Assembly: GCA_012295275.1 (NCBI GenBank)
Contig: CM022679.1
Coordinates: forward strand, 24,056,001 to 24,120,000
Direction: 5' to 3'
DNA from: Chrysomallon squamiferum
Taxonomy: Eukaryota > Animalia > Mollusca
Length of the DNA stretch: 64,000 bases
The position numbers and the translations under genes were made by a program. Below, piece after piece: positions 54,947 to 64,000 of this stretch. The notes under the pieces were generated by a model. That model was not told where the DNA came from. It saw only the letters and a program-made list of their open reading frames with translations, and made no database searches. How positions within the stretch are numbered: the first letter of the stretch is position 1; the number at the start of each line of letters is the position of its first letter.

Positions 54947-57900
54947 CATCTGCACATTTGATCGTCCACGTATTAGCCAAATATCGAGCTATAAATTTAA
55001 ATAAACACAATTAAAGAGATTATAGAAACATGCCGTTCCAAGAATATTCAATTTAATTCATATAAAAATAATCAACTTTAAAAAAATATTGATATATTTA
55101 ATACACCGCCAAAATGTCACGATTATAATTATGGCTACTTCTCTCCTCGTTATTGTTATAAAATAGTTACATGTTTCGCCTCAAATAGTGATGTACTTAT
55201 AAGGTGATAGTGGGCGATTAATGAAAATAAGTATACGGTTTCGCGGAAGCTGCACCTATATCGACACATAGTAAGTAATGTTTATATATTGTTTTACAGT
55301 CGTTGAAATTAGTCTTACCACCGTGGGTTTTATTATTAATTTATTTATTTAAATTATTATTTTGTTAATATTATTATTTATCACTTCTGCCGGTATTCAA
55401 TGACTGGAATCAGGAAAACATTTTTTTTTTTTTAAATCAGCTAAATAATACACAGGAAAACTGATCATTGTTTATTATTATTAGTTCTATAATTATTATT
55501 TTTATTAATAATATTAATATTATTATTATTATTATTATTATTATTACTTCAAAAATTATACTTTTTAATCTGCTAACTGACTAGAATGAATTCTTAGATC
55601 GATTATTCTACTAACAGTTGTCTGATCTCAAATACGTAAATAAAATCAAGATCAGGTGTGAGTCTTATGTTTTACAAAGTTTCCTAATTTGTACTCTAGT
55701 ACACACCAGGAATTCTTTTTTATTTATTTATTTATTTTATTTTACTTTTTTTTTTTTTTTTTAATGCAAGACCAAAAAAAAAAAAAAAAAAAAAAAAAAA
55801 AGGAGTAATTTTAGAATTAATAAAAAGAAAAATAATACCTATGTAGGAGGACACTCTTCTATAGAAAACGTAATTCAGTCTAATGGGATATTTCAAAATA
55901 ATCGTAATAAATTATTTCCACCTGACAAGGAACATGCACAGAACGATAATAAATACTGTTTCGTACATATCTGAAATCACGAAACAACGACCTTTTGCAT
56001 GTCTGAAATAATGAACATCGCACACACTGGATCTGTTCAGTAATACGATAGTTTCAGAGTACCTGTCGAGATTTTAATTCGTACCTCTTCATACACCTGG
56101 AACAGACGACACCAGAAATGTACTATCACAGCAACACGGGCTAGACGCGTGTTTCATTCATGTCATTTTCAATAGAAAATATTTATTGCTTGTTACATAT
56201 TCAGGGTAATAAAAAAAAAACGTTTTTATTTATTTCACAACGAAAAATGATGTGTATAATGCAACAGGAAACCGCTCACGTTTAGGTGATCTTTGTAAAT
56301 GTAATTTGTGACTCATTTTATTAAACGAAAAATGAGTAATTTTTTTTTTTTTTTTTTTTTTTTAAGTGATATCAAGAAATAATATTTATAACGTGTTTCT
56401 TTTGAAATTTAATAATTTTTGTAGCCAGATATATGATCCTATTGATTTTCTTTTCTTTTTTAATAACTGAATAGTCATTGGTTTGATTAGTTATTCAGTT
56501 TAATATTTGTCATCTTTCTTTGTTGGTTTGGATATCACTGCTGAATTTGTATTAAAAAAATAATAATAATAAAAGAAGCTTCTATTACAAAGTAACAAAC
56601 AATATATTAACAGACTCTAACATAACAATAGTAACAACCATCGTGATAAAATTTCATTGCTTTTATGTGGGTTTTAATTTTTTTTTTTTTTTTTTTTTTT
56701 TTTTGTGAACTGCAAGATATTTACAAATGGTAACCATTTCGAAGCTTAAAGTAAATCTACAAAACCGATTCACCCAGAAAAATGTTTCATACATTTTTTT
56801 GTTGGTGTTGTTGTTGTTGTAGTTTATCTTATTATCATATTATAATCATGTTGCTATTTTTGTTGTTGTTCTTCTTTCTTACTGTCTTTGTTGCTGTTAC
56901 TGTTGCCATTATCATCATCATAATTTTTGTTTTGTTATTATTATTATTGTTGTTTTTTTTGTTGTTTTTGGTACCGTAATAGTTTACTGTCATAAATTAA
57001 AAGATACTTATGTGTACGTATCCGTTATATTACAAAATGTATCAGAAAATATTTTCAATTACAATTAATATTAAAACAAATACTTGTGTACGCGCGTAAG
57101 CGTGTGTGTGTCATTTTATTAGATTACATATACATATTATCTTACGAAAATTACGCCAAAGGATTTCTCATTTCCGATGCTAACCAAATGTGAAACATCT
57201 TATTAATAACAATTTGTTCTGTCTCTGTCTCTTGTCTCCACAGAATTATAAACAGTTTATAATTTTAAAACTGAAAATTTTTATAATACTTTTTCCTGAT
57301 GTCACCGACTCTTCCATTGGATGGCGAGCCAAGATGGCTGTGTCTGCAGCAGACATTACGTGCTAACGACTATTTATATGGCTTTCATATTTGCCAACTC
57401 ATTTGTAGTTCTTTATGCTGTGGCTCCAAATGCCTTTGTACCTCCGCTTCATGTAATTGTATTGTTCCTTTCAAAAATAACAATTTGCCTTTCGGGAAAT
57501 TTGTTTCTTTTGTGAGCATAGGTCTTCCTGTTTATTTAAATATGGGTCATTGTTTGCACGCCTAGAAAATACATTAGTACATTTTTTTTTTTGTCTGTCC
57601 TTTTTTGAAAAAAAAAGAATAAGAAAAAAAGAAGAAACTCTTTTTTTTTTCCCTTTTCTTTTTATGTTTCAGCCTTTTTATTTCTCATTAATAAATGTTC
57701 TTTCTTCGTTTGATATATTCTCAAGAATCCGTTTGTGTTTGGCTTTCATCGCAAAAAATTCATTTGTGTTTTAATTTGCCTCCGCTAACATCCATTTTTC
57801 TTAATGAAAGTCTGAACCGTTACTGCACGAGATGCACGGACATCAAAGTTCCGGTGATGACACCCAAGGAAATGACGTATGTAATCCGGGATGAAAGACG

Positions 57901-58118
57901 TTTTCCTGGGTTTTTACAGCAATTTGGGCGTGAGTAGCCGCTTAAAAAACGTCATTTCAGAATACCGTGCCTTTTTTTTTTTTTTTTTTTTTTTTTTGTA
58001 CAGAGATGATGCCTAGCTTTCTTTTCTATTATTATTTTTTCTTTTTTTTTTTTTTTTTTTTTAACAATGGGATTTGTTCGAGACAAAGTTGCCTGAAGTG
58101 AGATTTATGACTCTCAAC

Positions 58119-58158
<40 letters not shown>

Positions 58159-59579
58159 AAGAAAGAAAAAAAAAAAAAAGATGAAAGTGGGTATTTTTTG
58201 TACGATTTTTTTCTTCTTTTGTTTCTTTTTTTCTCTTGTAATAATAATTATTTGGAGACAAAAAAAAAAAAAAAAAAGTTAAAATAAAAATAAAAAAATA
58301 ATTAGAGAAGAAGATTGAAAGACGAAAGAAGAATTTTAAGAAAGAAAAAAAAAAATAGAAAACACTGAAGAAGAAAAATGTTCAAGAGAAAAGAAGGAGA
58401 TTGTGAGTATGTTAAACATAACAATGAGTGACATACTTTAGAAATGTGATATTAATAAAACTAAATTTCGGCAAAATTAAATTTATTACTGACATTAATT
58501 TAATTCTGTTAAAGGATTAGGTAATTTTTTCCCCCTTTTTATTAAAACAAAAAAAGAAAATAAAGGAAATATAAATTATAAATGAATAAATAAAAATAAA
58601 TTAGCAATAAATTAAATACTAATAAATAAATAATCAATATTCTTCTTTCTTCCCATTCTTTCATCTGTCCTTCCGTGTGCACGTTCATATGTGCATATAT
58701 ATATAAAAATAATAAGAAGAAGAAGACGCACAGCTAAATACTTACTATCAATTTCCAAAAGCTCTTAAAAAGAAAAAAAAAAAAAATATATATATATATA
58801 TATAACAGTTTTGTCCGTCATACAAACTCGTGTGCGGTCTAAAAATATCCAAACCACCAATCCGCCATTTTTTTTTGCTTTTTCAGTAGTTTTATATATC
58901 AGTCAAAGCCACCGAAATTTCTTTAAATGTTTTGACTGTAATTGGGCGAAACCTTGATATAAAAGTGAGAAAAAAAGAACTGGAAATCCACAGAAGAATC
59001 AGAAACCCTGTGGGTTGTAATTGGCTTTCCATCATTTTATATTAGCGGCACTCAGCTAGGTAATTTTCAACCGTGGAAATTGGTTTAAATGAACGGGTAG
59101 AATCTTACGATGAAAGGCAAAGCGGTCTCTTTTGTCCCGTTTCATTGTGGAACGGGAAGCTTTAATAATCGGAGGGTGGGGACTTTTCGACCTCTGTTCC
59201 AAATTCTTCGCAGTTTCTCACGTTTTTCTCAAAAGGACTATTTTGCGCGGCGTAACGAATTAAAAGCACAGGATATGTAATTTGGTGACGTGGGTATGAC
59301 CAAAGCTTTACTTGTCGCAGAAAGACTAATGACCTGTTTACAGAATGTGACAGTAGATAATTATCTCTCTCTCGGCGTGAATATTTTAAATTTAGAAATT
59401 TACACTTTTCTAAAAACACTGGTAATTATTTTGTTTCTTTTTTTTTTTTTCTCTCTCTTTCTTCGCATGTAAATACTTTCATGTCATTATTTCTCCATTT
59501 ATATTTTTATTTATTTTATTTATTTATTTATCTGCTTTTTGTTTTGTTTTCATACTATTCTTTAGCTCTTTCTGTTTTT

Positions 59580-59611
<32 letters not shown>

Positions 59612-59831
59612 TATTGTGTACCAATGAATGTTTGTTTGTTTATTAGGAAATCAGTTCGGTTTTAAATTTAACCTAAATTTAATTATGAAGTATGTCTGCA
59701 AAGATTTGTTGTTGTTTTTATTTTAAAATCGAATGATTTATTAAACCAAAAGCAAAATCTACAAATTCTTATAAAGGTTACAAGAAAACAATTAGAAAAC
59801 CAACATGAATGATAAAAAATAAAAAATAGAA

Positions 59832-59881
<50 letters not shown>

Positions 59882-60027
59882 TAAATAAATAAATAAAGAA
59901 AGAAAGAAAGAAAGAAATTAAAGAAATGAGAAAACAACAACAAAACAAAAACAAATACAAAAAACAAAACCGTCAAATAAACCAGAATAGATGTACAATT
60001 ACTTTGCATAATTAGATATTTTATTTC

Positions 60028-60455
60028 TTTATATATATCATTTCAGTGTAGTTAACTTGTATTTATCTTTATCATTTCAATGTAGTCAGCTGTATTTATA
60101 TTTAACATTTGAGTAAAGTCAGATGTATTTATTTTTATCATTTCAATGTGGTCAAGTGTATTTATATTTATCATTTCAATATAGTCAGTGTATTTATATT
60201 TATCATTTCAATATAGTGAGCTGTATTTATATTTATCATTTCAATATAGTCAGCTGTATTTATATTTATCATTTCAATATAGTCAGCTGTATTTATATTT
60301 ATCATTTCAATATAGTCAGCTGTATATATATCTATTATCATGTAAAGAACATTTATATTTAGTGTCATTCAATACGATCAGCTGTATTTGACATGTGATG
60401 TCATTTTAATACAGCGAACTGTATTTATATACGTCGTTATTTCTGTGTAGCAGCC
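60028..60455. repeat. 33-bp minisatellite, ~9 good plus ~3 degenerate copies
   Basis: Unit ATTTATATTTATCATTTCAATATAGTCAGCTGT. It shows up as an 11-aa period in the ORF track (YLYLSFQYSQL). Confidence 0.92.
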
Positions 60456-61222
60456 TATTGTGTTTACATTTATCGTCAGAGTCAATAAATGTCGTTACTG
60501 TTGTTGCTATTTTTATTTTCTGTCTTAACTTTGAAGCTGTGGTGGAATCTGTCGTCAAGTAAGTCGTGTTTTGGGTCAGTGTATCGGCGGCAGTTCACGC
60601 TGTGGAATTTGGCGCTCGAACGATCCCGCTAAACGGATTGTTAATTGCTAATACATTCGTATCAATTTTCTCAAAACGCCGGGGCCAGTGCGTACTCCGC
60701 CAGCACCACTGCCGAGTTCCCAAACATGCCCTTCATGTCAATAGAGAAAAAAAAAAACTATGTTGTGGATGTTTGAAATCGTTTACTAATAATCGTTCCG
60801 ATGCGAGCAATTCACAGTAAAGATTAGGTGCGGCCTAATTTCAGCCCTCTAAGGAGATAATTTGGTACCGGCTGAACTTATACTGTTCTTACAGGATTAA
60901 CTCCGAGGTTTTTCTCCCTTCACAATTACTTTTTTTTTTTTTTTTTTTTTTTTCCAAGTTCAGTATTTCATATGTTTTAATTTCTTAAACACTGCTTTTA
61001 TGCACAATGGTTGGTAAAACTGTATGGATTGTGTATCGGATTTATTGAACGAGGTGAAAATAGACAGGTAAACGTATTTCACAGATTAAACTGAAAGAAA
61101 ATTATGACAGCAATTACTGTTATCATGCAAACTGGAATCCAGAAGCTTTCCTGATGAACTCATCTCTTTCCTTATTTCATGTCGACCGATGTTGTTGATT
61201 TTGATAATGATGCTAATGCTTG

Positions 61223-61223
<1 letters not shown>

Positions 61224-61291
<68 letters not shown>

Positions 61292-61318
61292 ATAGTAATA
61301 CTTAGCAGTAGTAATAAC

Positions 61319-61375
<57 letters not shown>

Positions 61376-61416
61376 CACCATCGCCATCATCACCACCATC
61401 ATCATCATCATCATCG
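61224..61416. repeat. (TTA)n - spacer - (AAT)n - (CAT)n trinucleotide compound repeat
   Basis: Directly visible. Further (AAT/ATT)n tracts at ~7596, 8946, 10591, 11452, 13495, 16301, 24098, 35968, 46166, 48207, 59834 and 61885. Confidence 0.95.
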
Positions 61417-61885
61417 TTATTTTAATTATTATTTTTTTTTTCTTTTCCGCATGACATTGCTCATTTTTATCTTGATGATATCACCCAGGTTAATAATGCA
61501 AGCGCCTTTTCTAAATCACGGATCTTCCCTTGGTTTCAATAATTACAGTAAAACGGACGCGCTATGTTTGGCTTTGTCCACGAATCAGATATTCAAAGAG
61601 CGACGGGAAAGTTAATTATATCAAATATATTTCATTTTTCTTAAACTTATTGTTATTACTTTTGTGTGGGTGAACTGTTTCAAACGCAGTACAGAAATGT
61701 CACACAGACACACACACACTCACACATATATATATAAACCCACACACTCACACACAGATATAATAAACATCATACACACACACACACGTACACACACACA
61801 TACGCACATAATCATAAACATACACATACGAATACGAATACGTATACACATACATATACATATACATACCTGGCTGCATACATAC

Positions 61886-61934
<49 letters not shown>

Positions 61935-61953
61935 GTAATAATAATTTTAATAA

Positions 61954-62000
<47 letters not shown>

Positions 62001-62003
62001 TAA

Positions 62004-62044
<41 letters not shown>

Positions 62045-63130
62045 TTTTAATAATAATAATAATAAAATAATAATTTTAATAATAATATTAATAAAAATAA
62101 TAATAACAATAACAGTAACAGTAATAGTAATGAAATCTGTAAACTGTGAAAAACAGTACAAACACACAGTACGTCTATAAATAAATGCTTCTTTGACTTT
62201 CTCTCACTATCTGTCACGTTACTTACCCTCATTACTGTCAGCAAATACTCCAGGGATCGAGTAACTGAAAACGGATTACTAAGCTGTGAAGAAGAGAGAA
62301 AAATAATATGTATGGTAAATGTCACAACAAAATGTCTCGTATTAAGACAGGTATGGAATTTCACTTCGTTTCCGACCGACTTAATGATCTAACATTTACG
62401 TACACTTCTTTTAACTATAGAAAGCTGTAGTTTGATGAGTTACACGTAGGAGGGTCAGTGCGCTTAGTTTAATAAAAAAAATAAAAAACCTTCTATTTTG
62501 TGCATTAATAGTCATACATTGTGTATGAGATAGTGTGTGTGTGTGTGTGCGTGCGTGCGTGCGTGTGTTGGAGTCAGAATGTGTATTTTTATTTTTGTGT
62601 CCGTGTGTGGATGTGTTTTATGGAAACATAACGTATGTCCAAAAACCAAATCGTGTTTTCATCAATCCACCCAACTACAAAAAGATATTCAGGGACGTAA
62701 GGACTGATACAAACAGAAGAGAAATTTTAGCCGGCGTCAAACTCGACGTTGTCATGTTGAAGACTACGCCAGTGAAATGGTTTCTGTGGTAGGTCAGGGG
62801 AGACGACCCTCTAATTAATCAAGCAGATGTTAGCGCTGCTGTGTGCAGACGTGTTATTTTTCTTATAGTCGTCACACTGTGTAATAATGTGAAATGTATT
62901 TCCTCGTCTTAACGCCAGAGTCAGCGTAACAGATGTTTGTGTAATGTATTTAATTACTTTGTTTTCAACCGTACACAAAGAGGGTACCTATTAAAATATT
63001 ACTTCCGTTTAAAATACAAACAGAAATACACACAAAAATATACATACATACATACATATATATACATACATACAGATATACATATATTTGTGTGTATTTG
63101 TATATATATATGTATGTATGTATGTATCTA

Positions 63131-63185
<55 letters not shown>

Positions 63186-63186
63186 A

Positions 63187-63221
<35 letters not shown>

Positions 63222-64000
63222 TAATTTTCCTAAATCTTTTTTAAACAGTTAAATAGGAAAAAATAAGGAGAAAAAAAAAAAATGAAATTCTGGAACTGAT
63301 TATTTTAACATGACAGATAAATTACAACAGATGCTATATTACAAGGTTATTAAATTTCGCTTACATTCAAAATATTTCAAAATACTTATAAGGTTACAAA
63401 AACATACAGATTCTGCATTTCTAGCGTTACCCTTTTAAAACTCGCATATTTTCTTGATAGCTTTCTCTAACAAAAAATGTGTGGAAAATATTTTCAAATT
63501 TTGTGGTTTTGAACTTTGTTACATAATAAAAAAACAAATTAACAGGAAACATGGCAAGTTTGTTTTACATATTTTAGGTTCCATTTTAAATGAAATTATG
63601 TATATTTATAAATGTTTTAAAAAAAAATTAAAATAAACAAGTTAAAAATGATAAAGTTACATATATTCATTCATGTATATAAAACAAAATAAAATAGTGA
63701 ACGAACGTTAGGGAAGACAGAAAGAAAGACTGAAAGACAAAAGAAAAGACAGAAAGAACGAAAGAAAGACGGAAATATAGAATAAAACTATAACGAAAGT
63801 CAGTGAAGACAGACCGAAAGAAAGAATGAAATTAAGTGAAAAGGGACAGAACGAAACAAAAAGAAAAAGAAATTACAGGATTAAAAGATAATAAGAATGA
63901 AGGATTAAAAGTTGTCCATTTTCTAATCGAACTGAAGTATCTGTTGTTGACAGATAAAGAATGGACTTGACTGTAATCTGTTTTAGAGATAACGGTTGTT

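Noticed and set aside
60123-60391. ORFs with 11-aa repeats on both strands
   Set aside because: Product of the 33-bp minisatellite, with no coding evidence.

Overview
This is AT-rich, microsatellite-dense animal DNA, not prokaryotic. A mollusc or other lophotrochozoan is inferred from a decayed SINE. The only supportable coding feature is the 3' terminal exon of a heparan sulfate glucosamine 3-O-sulfotransferase (HS3ST3/Hs3st-B type) at 5832-6450 (+). Its upstream exon(s) were not found in the window, so 1-5831 is probably intron. The remaining ~57 kb has no recognisable protein-coding sequence: simple repeats alternate with short complex, CpG-containing islands that look like regulatory candidates. 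Nearly all other listed ORFs are translations of simple repeats. I found no rRNA, tRNA, CRISPR array, transposase or convincing novel multi-gene system. The best leads are non-coding: a nested fold-back at 37.8-38.1 kb, motif clusters (TGCCAA, CCAAT, RFX X-box), an E-box-bearing 33-bp minisatellite, compound repeats and a few orphan splice-flanked micro-exon/smORF candidates. All were found by eye and need computational confirmation.
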